A stretch of DNA of 64,000 nt from the NCBI GenBank assembly GCA_951406725.2, contig OX597836.1:10478001-10542000 (forward strand), in the 5' to 3' direction. Both the position numbers and the translations under genes were made by a program. This document shows positions 39,801 to 55,638 of the stretch, piece by piece. This DNA comes from Octopus vulgaris. Taxonomy: Eukaryota. The notes under the pieces were generated by a model. The model searched no databases, was not told the origin of the DNA, and worked only from the letters and a program-made list of their open reading frames with translations. The stretch's first letter is position 1. Each line of letters starts with the position of its first letter.

Positions 39801-40553
39801 TCAAACAACATAAGAAGTGCAACTTATGCACATGCAAATCTGGTACATCCATTGCTGCAAATGTGCATACTGCAACTGCATCTGAACAATGCACATCTTT
39901 CAAACAAACAAACAAACACAGAAGAAGCTTTTGTTTGTGCAAACAGCTTCATTTCCTTTCTGCATTTGATTGCATAACATATATGCATGCGTATATGCAC
40001 ATTATAGAAAGTATGTTGTTCCCTACACATTTGATGGTTGCAACCATCTGTGATAAAGCCATTGCGAAGCTATTCAAGATGTTTACAGCTATGGACTGTT
40101 GCAATCTGTCAGTTCTTCAAATAATGGTAAAGAATGCTTCTTTGTTCTGTTCTTTTGTTTTTTTGTTGTTTTTTTAGAGTCTTTCACTTTTTGTTTGTTA
40201 ATGCTGTTTTTTTTTATTTTTTGTTTTATTTTTTTGTTTTTTGTTTATGGTGTTGTTGCTTTGTTTTCATTGTATTATAGTCTTTCTTTTCTTCAAAGTT
40301 TCTATACACACACTTATAGCTACACACACACACACACACACACATATGTATATACATACATGCATACATACATTTATATGTATATATATATATATATATG
40401 TATGTGCATATGTGCGTGCGTGTGTGTGTGTGTTTGTATGTAGATAATGCATGTGTATTTATATAATTACATTCACACGTATACATGTATATGTACATCA
40501 TACATATTATTATTATTATTTATTTATATAAATATACATACATATTTATACAT

Positions 40554-40600
<47 letters not shown>

Positions 40601-40638
40601 AATGTGTACATATATGTGCATGTATCTATATATGTGCA

Positions 40639-40720
<82 letters not shown>

Positions 40721-40729
40721 GCTAGCTAG

Positions 40730-40780
<51 letters not shown>

Positions 40781-40781
40781 G

Positions 40782-40820
<39 letters not shown>

Positions 40821-41524
40821 GCTATCTATCTATCTATCTATCTATCTAGCTAGCTATATATATATATATAAATTATCTCTCTCTATATATATAAATATGT
40901 ACACATATACATGCATATGTGTGTGTACGTATGTATGTGTGTATATATATATATATATGTATACACCCCCCCACACACACACAGAGTTACTCCGAACCTA
41001 ATACATTCATGTATTCTTCAATTGTTTTTGTTTTGTTTTTCTTGTATTGTTTTGTTTTTTACACTTTGAAAATACCACAGGAATGCCGCAAAGACAAACT
41101 TACTCATTATTAATACCAAATTAGTGTAGATGCCACAGTCAGCCCTTTGATTTTTTGACATATAATACACAGCTCCTGCTAATACCTTTGCCAAACGAGG
41201 GGAACCTGTGTGGTGTTGCCAAACTTGCTAGAAATAGCAGCTAAGTCTCTCTGAAATCATCTCCTCCTCACAATGACAAAGGACATTAGATAATAGACTT
41301 CCAGATAACCCCTCTTAAAAGATGGCTGTCATGGTAACAGTATCTTTCCAAAGATATATGCTCTGGTACTGTGAAGTTTTGGTTGGAACCAGTCCATTGT
41401 GGGCCACCTTGGTCAACTGTCTTCAACTGTTCCTTGATCTGATTAATGCCTTGTGGGCGAATTTTGTAGATGCAAAGCATACGGAAGCCTCTTTCACTCT
41501 TTCTCTATATATATATGCATGTAT

Positions 41525-41992
41525 GTTGGTAGCATCCTTTTTGTCTCGGGAGACAATGGAGTTGCGCATAAAATAATCCAGTCCTGTTTTTACATTTCAT
41601 GTCCTAATATATCTCCTGCTGTGGCTGTGTAGTCCTATCCTGGACAAACACCCCACCCCTGGCAAGTACCGCAAATGTAGTTAAGACTTTCCTGGCTGGT
41701 TGTAATGTCATAGTTTCTTGTTGACGTCTTTTCTTGTCTTTCCATTTCTCCGCTCTCTCTCTCTGTCACTCCTTTGTGTTCCCTCTTTTATGGTACGTCG
41801 CCAATCTCCCAGTTGCTAATATTGATGTCGCAGGCCTTCATGTCCCTTTTGCAAACATACTTGTATCGTAAGAACAGTCTTCCAACAGACCTAGTGCCCC
41901 TTGTAAGCACTCCGTAGAGTATGTCTTTGGGGATTCTGCCATCTTCCATACGACTAACATGCCCAAGCCATCTCATACGTCTTTGTGACAAA
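41525..41992 (-). pseudogene. RTE (BovB-like) LINE 3' end remnant
   Basis: LSQRRMRWLGHVSRMEDGRIPKDILYG...GR..LRYK.VCKRDMK, then a frameshifted C-terminal zinc knuckle YICGTC...CLSRIGLHSHSRR. Confidence 0.9.
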
Positions 41993-42165
41993 CGGATCAA
42001 GTCGATTATATCGACTCCAGTCAGTAACTGGTACTTATTTAATCGACCCCGAAAGGATGAAAGGCAAAGTTGACCTCGGCGGAAATTGAACTCAGAACGT
42101 AGGGGCAGACGAAATACTGCTAAGCATTTTGCCCGGCGTGCTAACGATTCTGCCAGCTCGCTGCT

Positions 42166-42280
<115 letters not shown>

Positions 42281-42312
42281 TAATAGTAAAAATAATAATA
42301 AAAATAATAGTA

Positions 42313-42346
<34 letters not shown>

Positions 42347-42360
42347 TAATAATAATAATG

Positions 42361-42414
<54 letters not shown>

Positions 42415-42701
42415 TTCTAATTACATGATTCACACCAATTGTGCCCCTCCCTGACGACATTACTATGTCATTTTCAGAAAACTGTTATCTGCAGGAGACC
42501 ACCCACACATGACTGTCACTGATTGGATTGTGTATAATGTATTTAAAGGGGTTTAGAAACAGGGATCAGCAAAGTAAATGTCAGCTCGACCCCTTTCTTC
42601 CTTTCTCTAAAAGTCAAAGGAGTGATCCCTGTTGATTAGGGTGTGGGAGTCGAGGAAATTTGTCATTTTGCTAATTAATGCATTTCTGTATTGCTTTGCA
42701 G

Positions 42702-42739
42702 AAGGGCTGGGCCCCTTTGCGGGGGTGAGGCTGAATTTT
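42702..42739 (+). other. Candidate 38 nt micro-exon
   Basis: Branch-like GCTAAT (42670), TTTCTGTATTGCTTTGCAG| acceptor and TTT|GTAAGT donor, in unique sequence. Confidence 0.3.
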
Positions 42740-42741
42740 GT

Positions 42742-42778
<37 letters not shown>

Positions 42779-43302
42779 TGAGTGCCGAATGTTTGTGTCT
42801 GAGTGTGTATATATATGTGGATATAGGTGCATATATATGTATGCGTATACATGAGTACATATCTTTGTATACTATATATATATATATATATATACACATA
42901 CATACAAGTATATATATAAAGTATACACGCATATATATATATGCATATATATACATATACATATATATATATATACATACATATATTTATAAATGTACAT
43001 GCATACATATATACGCACGTACGTATTTATACATACATACTCTCAGATGTGCACATCTTCAGACACTTATACACACGTATAAACACGCACATACACACAC
43101 ACACACACACAACCTCTCGCTCCTTCGCCCCCTTCTCTTTCTCTCTCTTTCTCTTATACACACACACACACACAAATGTACTTGTACAAGTAGGAAATAG
43201 TGTTAAAAGTATTGGACATTTAAAGTGAGAGATCAACCGAAAAACAAGCAAACAAAGAAAGAAACAAACTAAACCTCAGTCATTTGAGTCAATTATGATA
43301 TT

Positions 43303-43695
43303 GAGGTAGGAGTGGCTGAGTGGTAAGTAGCTTGCTTACCAACCACATGGTTCCGGGTTCAGTCCCACTGCGTGGCACCTTGGGCCGACCAAAGCCTTTG
43401 TGAGTGGATTTGGTAGACGGAAACTGAAACAAGCCCGTCGTATACATGTATACGTATATGTGTGTGTGTATACGTTTGTGTGTTTATGTTTGTCCCCCCC
43501 CCCCCAACATCGCTTGACAACCGATGGTGGTGTGTTTACGTCCCCGTAAATTAGCGGTTCGGTAAAAAAAAAAAAGACAGATAGAATAAGTACTAGGTTT
43601 ACAAAGAATAAGTCCTGGGGGTCGATTTGCTCGACTAAAGGTGGTGCTGCAGCATGGCCGCAGTCAAATGACTGGAACAAGCAAAAAGAGTAAAT
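43303..43695 (+). mobile_element. SINE family B
   Basis: Head, CORE-like body (with deletion), internal microsatellite and tail. Confidence 0.9.
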
Positions 43696-43761
43696 CAAAC
43701 ACAGACGCCATGTCCTGATAGATACCGCCGGTTAATCAGTAAAAGTATATTAAAATCAACA

Positions 43762-43804
<43 letters not shown>

Positions 43805-45376
43805 GAAGAATATAACGCTACCATTGGCCCTGTCCCCGCCGCCATCCATTTACGAAACACCTGGGGCATAGCTTAACAATCTTTGGAGATATTTAAGTGA
43901 AATTATAGCTTTGAGATATTTAGTAACTGTCTTATGATCTGACGTATTCTGATACACGGAGAGACAGACAGACAGACAAACACGCATATCACATATGCGC
44001 ATGTTCGTTTGTTTGTGTGTTTGCTTGTGAATGTGTAAGTGTATGTGTATCACTTATATTTTTAAACATCATTAATCATTTCCTTTGGAAAATGTTGATA
44101 ATGTTACACACATGTAGATATATCTATATATAGGTACATATGTATTCGTTTATGTATGAGTGTATAAGTATATATTGATACTATATATATATGTGTGTGT
44201 GTGTGTGTGTAGTTTTCGTATTTGTTTTCGCAAGATTCTTGATGTGTAAAAGTGTGTTGAAAGAGATAACGTTGTACTTTGAAAAGCGTTGTTCTGCACA
44301 CACGCTCATCCACAAGATACGATGCTCCTACAAGTTACCGAAGCAGTGCACATACTGAAGAAAAGAGTGTGATGTAAGGTCAATAAGCGTTAAAAATAAC
44401 GACACAGACTGAACAAGATTTAACAAATATAAGGTTAGCTTAACATTTGAGAAGCAGAAATGAGAGCGTCTCGGTGTTTCGGACATTAGTCCTTGAACAG
44501 AAAACTGAAGAAAAATGGAAGCATTGTGAGAGAGGGAGAAATAGCGAGTATATGAAAAGTAAAAAAAAAAGTAATTAGAAAATCATGTTACAAAATTATA
44601 TGAAAAGGGAAGGACACGAGTACGAGAACAGGTTTTACAGTTTCTATGTCTTTGTATTGTGGTGCAATTAAAATGTCACACGCAAATTATTGGTTCATCA
44701 GGAACTGTTGATGCCTTCGAGTTTGCTAAGTGGGGCTCTTCGGGCTATTAACTATGGTGTTGGTCTAAATCGCATTAAAAGACAATCTGTACACTAATCA
44801 AGGATTAAAAACTATCTTAATCCTACGAAATATGGGAATTTGTTCGCCCCTTTTTCTATTGCCACAGATCCCCTCCTCAGCACGAAAAATGCTGCCAAAT
44901 CCACAGACCGGATGTTGTTTATTCTGTTACCTGTTTCTATGACTTCTTTCGTTACTTACCATATTGAATTTTGCTAGTTTGAACAAGCAAATTTACGTGG
45001 CTTTTACGCCCGGACCAACCTAATACTCTAGCATTTCTTTGTCTTGTCATTTCTGATGTGTATTACATCCTCAAGGTCCTGCTACGTAGCGACCCTCCCT
45101 GCTACCCTCGTCAGGCAACAATAAAACATAGAAACAAAATTTTATTGTAAAAACATGATCGGGTTTGCTACGGTTAGATCTTGACTTCATGGATGGAAGA
45201 AAATCCGACTGTGATACATTCATGCATGCGTGCATACATACATACAAACAAACATAGGCACATATGTATACTTATACATATACATATGTATACGTAATAC
45301 AAATACATAAATATACCTATGCATACATTCATGCACATATATACACATATACATACATAAACACGCACACATAGAC

Positions 45377-45414
<38 letters not shown>

Positions 45415-45507
45415 CTATATATTCGTACATATGTTCATGTTTCTTTATCTATCTATCTATCTTTGGGTCTGGGTGGGCAAACAGGAGACACAGAATGCAA
45501 CACATGA

Positions 45508-45560
<53 letters not shown>

Positions 45561-45574
45561 CATAAACATATATA

Positions 45575-45618
<44 letters not shown>

Positions 45619-45635
45619 TGTATACACATATGTAT

Positions 45636-45679
<44 letters not shown>

Positions 45680-45856
45680 CGGGCTTCTTTCAGTTTCCGT
45701 CTACCAAATCCACTCACAACGCTTTGGTCGGCCCGAAGCTATAGTAGAAGACACTTGCCCAAGTTGCCACGCCGTGGGATGAACCCGGAGCCATATGGTT
45801 AGTAAGCAAGCTACTTACCAAACAACCACAGTTGCGGTTATATATATGTGTGTGTG

Positions 45857-45896
<40 letters not shown>

Positions 45897-46059
45897 TACT
45901 TTTTAATTATTTTTAATGGCCAAAATGTTACAAAAGTGACTCAAGAACCGAGTTTTGAGAATGGCAATTATCACTTTGATGTGAACCATGCACGAATCCC
46001 TCGGCCCATGAGGCTTCTTGGGAACATCCTGCCGATCAGAAATAAAGGAATCCTATCTC

Positions 46060-46160
<101 letters not shown>

Positions 46161-46316
46161 GTGTTTGTGTGTTGTTTGGCATATGAATATGTCACGTTCT
46201 CATTGGAAACATAACACCATACAAAATCTAATATATGAAATTTATTTCTTCTTCGCTCTGTTTCTTTGAAGAGACTAGCATATACACATGCATGCCGATG
46301 TCCCACTTCGCATATA

Positions 46317-46437
<121 letters not shown>

Positions 46438-46964
46438 CGCATTTATAGAAAACAAAAGACGAAGACAGGTTTAGGAACAAAAAGCGGGAAGAATGGAAAG
46501 GACTTTTACGTTTCGAGCCTATGCTCTTCAACAGAAAGGAATAAGAAAAAAAAAGTCTATTAGCTAGGTTTGTCAAAGTCCTTTCGCCATTATCCACGTC
46601 ATCAATGACATGTCCTCCCTAAACCAGGTCTATTTCTAACCGTTTCTACTGAACAGTGAAGTTCCATACTAACCGATCATCAAAGCTCGTAGATCTTAAC
46701 ATAATTCCATGCTCAGGACGGAGATGAAATTGAAGAAGCGCAAGTCCAAGAAAATACTAGTTTTGTGTGGAAGACTAGCAAACGTCCATCTCTGTAGGTT
46801 GCCCCTTCTTCATACAACCGATGTACTACAATGATAAACCAGGGCCAGTATAGCTTGGACCAGGTTACAGTCCATGCAGACGTTCCCGACGGCGCACAAA
46901 CAGCCGGGCCATTCAGCAAGGCTGTAATTGTGTCTACACATTTACCCTTCCCCCCCGACTGTAT

Positions 46965-47174
46965 ACTCTTTACTCTTTTACTTGTTTCAGTCATTTTGAC
47001 TGCGGCCATGCTGGAGCACCGCCTTTAGTCGAGCAAATCGACCCCGGGACTTATTCTTTGTAAGCCCAGTACTTATTCTATCGGTCTCTTTTGCCGAACC
47101 GCTAAGTGACGGGGACGTAAATACACCAGCATCGGTTGTCAAGCAATGCTAGGGGGACAAACACAGGCACACAA

Positions 47175-47240
<66 letters not shown>

Positions 47241-47542
47241 GACAGGCTTCTTTCAGTTTCCGTCTACCAAATCCACTCACAAGGCATTGGTCGGCCCGGG
47301 GCTATAGCAGAAGACACTTGCCCAAGATGCCACGCAGTGGGACTGAACCCGGAACCATGTGGTTGGTTAGCAAGCTACTTACCGCACAGCCACTCCTGCG
47401 CCTATGTGGTACCTTTCATTTTTTTTAAAATCTCAGAATGTGCCTTAGGCAAAATCGATCTTGGCGGGAATGTTGAATGTTGAATGTCGGGAAGTACACT
47501 GCTAAACAATCTAACGACGCTCTACCGACTTTGACAATTCGC

Positions 47543-47574
<32 letters not shown>

Positions 47575-48080
47575 CATACATACACACATATATACATATC
47601 GACCCCAGGACTTATACTTTGTAAGCTTAGTATCTATTCAATCGGTCTCTTTTGCCGAACCGCTAATTTACGGGGACGTAAACCCACCAACATCGGTTGT
47701 CAAGCGATGTTGGGGGTGGGGTGGATAAGCACAGACACAAACATACACACACACACACACACACACTCACACACACATACATACATACATACATACATAC
47801 ATACATACATACATACATACATACATACATACATACATACATACATACACATACATACATACTCTTTACTCTTTACTCTTTTACTCTTTTACTGGTTTCA
47901 GTCATTTGACTGCGGCCATGCTGGAGCACCGCCTTTAGTCGAGCAAATCGACCCGGGGACTTATTCTTTGTAAGCCCAGTACTTATTCTATCGGTCTCTT
48001 TTGCCGAACCGCTAAGTGACGGGGACGTAAACACACCAGCATCGGTTGTCAAGCAATGTTAGGGGGACAAACACAGACAC
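46965..48080 (-). mobile_element. SINE B cluster (full copy 46965-47405; partial copies 47600-47725 and 47860-48080)
   Basis: Family B motifs as above. Confidence 0.9.
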
Positions 48081-48081
48081 A

Positions 48082-48147
<66 letters not shown>

Positions 48148-48714
48148 CATATATACAAACATACATACATATATATACATATATACATAGTGGTTGTCTA
48201 CTCTTTATGCAGACTTTGATCCCTTCTTGTACCTACATTCTAGATCTGGTGTGGTTTTTTAAACCAGAGACAATGTATTGAAAAGCCACCCACGTAGATT
48301 GTGTATCTGATTTGGACCACCAAGAGCAGCAGTTAAGTTCTGATCTTTGTGGCTCTTAAAATATCTTTTGAGGCCTCCGTCAGATTTGTACACCTTATGG
48401 CTCACACGGAATTGACAGGTGTGCACAGATATTTAGGCATACACACGTGCGTATAAACATACATATACATACCTGTGCATGCATATATATATATATTTAT
48501 ATATAAACACATATATTTGTGTGTGTGTGTGTGGGTGTGTGTGCATTCGTTTGAAATATGGAACCCTGTTTAATGTGTATTTTTTATGCATATATACATG
48601 TTTATATTTGTTTGTATATAAATAATAGTGTTGCCATGTGTGTATATGCGTTTGTGTGTATAAAGACTACATACATACTTGGTGTAATTATGTCTGTATA
48701 GCACAACCCCACCC

Positions 48715-48766
<52 letters not shown>

Positions 48767-48783
48767 GATATGTGTGTGCGTGT

Positions 48784-48815
<32 letters not shown>

Positions 48816-49251
48816 CTGTGTGTGTGTGTGTGTACGTGTGTACATAAATATATAATATAATATTTTATATACACACCTACACACATACATACACACTGAT
48901 GATTTATAGTGTATGTATTATACGCTTATTTCAATATGCCTACCCAGTCCCGTTTCCTATTCTTCTAAATGGCACTGATATATGATACCATCAGCTTACC
49001 AAATATCACAAGTGCCTCTGTCTGCCTCCCCCAAACCCCCGTCCGTTAGCACCATCATCATCATCATCATCGCAATCCCCATCATCAGAGAAAGAGAGAG
49101 AGAGAGAGAGAGTTGGGTGTCATAAGAGCATCATCTCTCTTTCGACAGAGACAGTATCGTTGAAAGAGGAAAACGCTGTTACGGTTTCATATTTTCATGT
49201 CTTCTACAGTAGCAACTTATAAATCATCTCCATTAAACGTTGTTGTTGTTG

Positions 49252-49316
<65 letters not shown>

Positions 49317-49637
49317 GTTATTATTTTGACATTGCCAGTTTTATTATATACAAGTGTGAGAAACTATTTGTATTCCGCTAAGCAATCCGTTGGATGTGTG
49401 TATAAACGCATGAGAGCGTATACGCACGCAAAAATATATGTATACATACATGTTTGAATATACATATACACATATACATAAAATGCTCGTAAAAATATAG
49501 ATATACATATACATACATATATATATAGACAGAGAAAGGCAGAAACAAGGAAAATGCCACTTATATTTGAACACTATACAAATATTCTTTTAGAAAAAAC
49601 TTTTCTTTTAATTTTTCTAAATTTAATTATTTAATCG

Positions 49638-49680
49638 TTACAGTTGAAAAGGTCTCAAATGACTGAAACCGGTACTGAAA
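49638..49680 (+). ncRNA. Minimal type I hammerhead-like motif with U3-A8 covariation
   Basis: TTaCAG-TTGAAAA-GGTC-tcaaat-GACT-GAAA-CCGG-TA-CTGaAA. Confidence 0.45.
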
Positions 49681-51007
49681 TGTTCTTTATAAAATTATTT
49701 TAGCATTTTCTATCTTGACTTGTTTTTTCATATATATATATATATATATATATAATATCATTTTACTTGCTTCAGTCATTTGACTGCGGCCATGCTAGAA
49801 CATCGCCTTTTAGTCGAATTAATCAACCCCAGGACTTATTCTGTGTTAGCCTAGTACTTATCCCCTCTTGCCGAACCGCTAAGTCACGGGGACGTAAACA
49901 CACCAGCATCGGTTGTCAAGCCGACCAAATCCTTGTGAGTGGATCTGGTAGACAGAAACTGAAAGAATACACAAGCACGCCCGTATTTGTGTTTATCTTT
50001 TATCTTTTACTTGCCTCAGTCATACTGGAGCACCGCCTCGAAGAAGTTTCATTCGAATGAATCGACCCCAGTTTATTCTCTTTTTTAAAAGTCTGGTACT
50101 TGTTCTCTCGATCTGTCTTGCCGAACCGCTAAGTTACGGGGACGTAAACACGCCAACACCGGTTGTCAAGCGGACGTGGTGAGGGGGAGCAAACACAGTC
50201 ATAAACACCCCTACCACATACACACACGTACATATATATATATATACGACGGACTTCTTTCATTGTCCGTCTACTAAATCCACTCACAGGATTTTAGTCG
50301 GCCCAAGGTGCCATGCAGTGGGATTGAACTTGGAGCCACGTGGTTGGGAAGCAAGCTTCTTACCACACAGCCACTCCTGCGCCTATATTTTCATGTTCAA
50401 ACAGTTTTTCTTTCAACTAGTGTACCGAGAACTACACCATATAACATATAAATCCTTTCCTTTTCTTAGGCAATGTGGGGATGAACGGGGGAAGATTTGG
50501 CTACTATTTTTAGCCTATCAAACCGACCACCTACAGTCTCCACATAGTGCCTTGTGCAGCAATAGTCGGGCTTCTCGTCGAGGCTTATCAACCCTGTCTG
50601 TCTCAGTCTGATAAAGCCGATTCCATGCTGATTCACAGCTGAGTGGGTGAGATTTTACAGAATGATATCCACATGTCAAAACTATTCCTCCACCATGTAT
50701 GCAAATGGCATTTGCGAAAAAAGCTTTTTATCTTTGTTAACACGAAAAACAAAACAAAACCAACAACAAAATATTGTAAAATAGTTTTAAAAATAATTAT
50801 ATTTGGGGGTCCATAATAAAACACAGCAAAACTATATACCCTTCAATCGCTAGCATCTTATTTACTCCATGCTGCGGAAACGGTACTAAGTAAGCAATTG
50901 GTTCTCTGGAGCTCTTGGAGTTTAGATTTTAATAAACACGCCGAACAGCGGCAAGGAAAGGGAACTGACTCCAGACCGAATCAAAACAAAATAAATAAGT
51001 AAATAAA

Positions 51008-51038
<31 letters not shown>

Positions 51039-51058
51039 TAATAATGACAATGATAATG

Positions 51059-51112
<54 letters not shown>

Positions 51113-51115
<3 letters not shown>

Positions 51116-51612
51116 TGTTATCATGTACATTGTTTTGTCTTGGTATAAAAGATGGGCTACAATAAATATTCTGCTCAATACCACAGATTTGCTTGTCAGT
51201 TGTTTGACCTTAACCAGTTGAGCATGTCCCTTAGTGGCTGACGATATGTTGCATCTCTGATCACTAGCAGAGGTAGTGGGGGAGCATCATAGCCATGTGT
51301 TGAGAGGGATTCTTTGGGGTTTGAATAATTCACCTCTGGAAACATGGGTGGCTCTTTCAACATCCTTAAACAACCCTTATTCAGGAACCTATTGAGCGGA
51401 ATGGGTTACTCAACCAGAAGAAAATTCTAACTTGGCCCCACCTGCAAGGTCATGTGCTGTTTATCTTGATATGAGATCACCATGTCGCGCACATAAGGTT
51501 GTGATGCATGTGCCTGGTGTACCCTTATCAGACGGGTAATCATGATGGGTATACTGGGCTTCGTGTATTTTACCCCAGTTTCACTTTGCTGGCATGCACT
51601 GCTCTCTCAATC

Positions 51613-51613
<1 letters not shown>
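51113..51613 (+). mobile_element. About 500 bp non-coding element embedded in (AAT)n, probable non-LTR retroelement 3' end
   Basis: Mixed-composition segment with (AAT)n immediately on both sides and no TIRs. Confidence 0.55.
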
Positions 51614-51683
<70 letters not shown>

Positions 51684-52907
51684 TAAATTCTACAATTGGC
51701 ACAAGACCTGAAATTTGGGGGAGGGGACTAGTCGATTACATCGACTCCTCCAGTGTTTCACTGGTACTTATTTCACCAACCCCCGAAAGGATGAAAAGCA
51801 AAGTCGACCCCGGCGGAATTTGAACTCAGAACGTAGCGACGGGCGAAATACCTATTTCTTTACTACTCACAAGGGGCTAAACACACAGAGGGTAGACAAA
51901 CAGATTAAGTCGATTATATCGACCCCAGTGCGTAACTGGTACTTATTTAATCGACCCCGAAAGGATGAAAGGCAAAGTCGACCTCAGATGAATTAGGTAC
52001 TTAAGTCGAGGTACCAGAATTTAGTACGGTATTATCCATACAGTTTCAAAATAAGGTGATTTAAATCAAAATTGTTTAAAATATTCAACTATAGGACCCC
52101 ATGATAAAATTTCCCCTGTATTGGTGTGCTAGAGTCTTGCCCCTTTAATTGTCAGCTAACATCTTCATTTAAGATTTTCCTTTACCAAATCTCATTACAT
52201 TGCTTCAAATTAATCTTGATAGTTTTATGGCTATACCCACCATGATTTCTGTCGGCTCCCTCAGCCCCTTTCCTAACAGGCACTGCTCCTTGTTCCTTGG
52301 CATTAGATTTTGATATACAGAGATTTGATAAACAAGATTATAAATTAAAACCGACACCAAAAATCACTGACAAGCTAGATCTCTAACAAGTCTTCCTGAT
52401 ACCTTAGTAGCTTCTAAGCTGAAGTGAAGACAGCATGTTCTTCGCCTATCTCCTTACCTTCTTGGAGGTTTTAGGTAAAATTATACTAATGTGTCCATCT
52501 GATTTGATTTAATTTAATTCTATGTATTTATGCAGCTGAGGATTGCTCTGCATTAAATTGATGTAATGGTTGCATTGCTCAATTAAATGGAGTCGCCTGA
52601 AACGATCGTACTGCATTACCTCTGGATATCCTGTTGCTTATTTTGATTTTATACGTATGTGTATATATATATATATATATATATAAATATATACGCACAC
52701 TCACATATATATATTCTTTTATTCATTTACTTATTTCATTCATTTGACTGCAACATCAAACATATCAAAAATATATATTGAATATACTTTTGGAGAAATT
52801 CATGCATGATGGGTCTAGGGCTGAATAAATAAAAATATATATGTGAACTTGCTTTGCCTAACTTTGATTAGTAATTCTACATTACATTGCATACATACAT
52901 ACATACA

Positions 52908-52943
<36 letters not shown>

Positions 52944-53119
52944 CATATGTATATATTCTCTCTCTGTTTATTTCCGTGTTCCTTTCTGTTGAAGAGCATA
53001 GACTCGAAACGTAAATGACTCTCTCACTTCCCGAGCGTTAAACTAATGCATCTGTTCGTTGTTTACACACCCGTCTTCGTCTTTTGTTTTATTTCTAATT
53101 TGTAAATTCCAACTATATA

Positions 53120-53208
<89 letters not shown>

Positions 53209-53263
53209 ATATATATGTATGTATAAATATGTATGTATATATATGTATGTATGTATATGTATG

Positions 53264-53436
<173 letters not shown>

Positions 53437-53822
53437 GTTCACTTGAAGCTTTTCATAATCCATATTAATACATGTTAGGAAAATATGTTAATCCACTAAT
53501 TTTGTGTTACACATGTAAGATTAAAAAAGCAAGATAAATATTAGGTTGTTTTTTTCTCTTTTTTTTTTGCATATTTTCTTAAATGTTTTAATATATGTAA
53601 AACAGCTGTTTTAATTTTAAAACACTTCCTTTCCAACCTGTCCGGGTAATTTCTTAGAATGACCCCCACCCCCTCCAGCCCCCACCTCATCCCCTACTGC
53701 AACATAAAATCTAAAAATCAAAAATAAATAAATAAAAGTAAAACACATTACTGTTTTACTCTTTTACTTGTTTCAGTCAGTTGACTGCAGCCATGCTGGA
53801 GCACTGCCTTTAGTCGAGCAAA

Positions 53823-53853
<31 letters not shown>

Positions 53854-53882
53854 CTCTGTCTGTCTATCTATCTATCTATCTG

Positions 53883-53979
<97 letters not shown>

Positions 53980-53983
53980 ATCT

Positions 53984-54015
<32 letters not shown>

Positions 54016-54024
54016 CTCTGTCTG

Positions 54025-54155
<131 letters not shown>

Positions 54156-54214
54156 GTCTGTCTATCTATCTGTCTGTCTGTCTGTCTGTCTGTCTCTGTC
54201 TCTGTCTCTCTCCC

Positions 54215-54361
54215 TCTGGTAAGAAGCTTGCTTCACGTCCACATGGTTCCAGTTTCAGTCCCACTGCGTGGTACCTTGGGTAAGTGTCTTCTACTATAGC
54301 CTCGAGGCCAACCAAAGCCTTGTGAGTGGATTTGGTAGACGGAAACTGAAAGAAGCTCGTC

Positions 54362-54433
<72 letters not shown>

Positions 54434-54625
54434 CTGTGATTGTCCCCCACCACCACCATCGCTTGACAACCGATGTTGTTGTAGTTATATTCCCGTAACT
54501 TAGCGATTCAGCAAAAGAGATCGTTAGAATAAGTACTAGGCTTACAAAGAATAAGTCCCGGGTCGATTTCTTCGACTAAAAACCCTTTAAAGCAGTGCTC
54601 CAGCATGGCCGAAACAAATAAGAGC
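54215..54625 (+). mobile_element. SINE family B
   Basis: Family B motifs as above. Confidence 0.88.
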
Positions 54626-55594
54626 ATAAAATAATACATAATATATATACACACATACACACACTCACATACATACATACATACATACATACATACATAC
54701 ATACATACATAACACATACATACATACATACATACAAACACATACATACATAACACATACATACATACATAACACATACATACATACATACATACATACA
54801 TACATACATACACACGTACATACATACAAACACATACATACATAACACATACATAACACATACATACATACATAACACATACATACATACATACACACGT
54901 ACGTACATACATACATACATACATACATACATACATACATACATACATACATGCATGCATGCATACATGCATACATACATACAAACATACATACATACGT
55001 GTGTGTGTGTGTGTGTCTGTTTGTTTGTATTACATTGGTCCTATATTCGTTGGTGAAACAGAATGCGAACGCAACATCTTAGCTTCCTCATTTGTTGGGC
55101 CCTACATGTAGCAAAACATTGGCGCCGCAATGTTGAACACATAAGGACAAATTAACCAACGGTGAAACAAGATACTTGGCAGAAACGTAAATAGATTTTA
55201 ATTTCTATTTATCTTCTAATAAATTGACATGTTGCAACAAGTCTCTTGGTTTTTTTCAAGAAAGCTGGGTGTTATTAGCTGTGTTTACAGTAACAGCGCC
55301 AGGTAAGGTATTAGGAATGGCTGTTAGGGTGTTGCTAATACTGTACCATTCTTGCTTGGCGTTGATTAATCACAGTTGAATCTTAAGAGTTTTCGGGAAA
55401 TGTTGTTCATGGGACAAGTAGCTTTGGATCAGGCATGGATGTGTGGTTAAGAAACTCGCTTTGAATCGCCGAGTCCGCGTCGTTTCGGGTTCGATCCTAC
55501 TGTGCAGCATCTCGGGCAAGTGACATGTGAGTCGATTTGGTAAACAGAAACGGAAGCTGTGTGAAAGCCCGCCTTATATATAAATATGTGTGTG

Positions 55595-55638
<44 letters not shown>

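Noticed and set aside
46713-47009. 98 aa minus-strand ORF in non-simple sequence
   Set aside because: It starts inside a SINE B tail. The rest may be a decayed LINE fragment, but I recognise no motif.
55430-55505. tRNA-like A/B boxes (also at SINE heads 1941, 22765, 39167, 59790)
   Set aside because: No complete cloverleaf; each continues into a SINE body.
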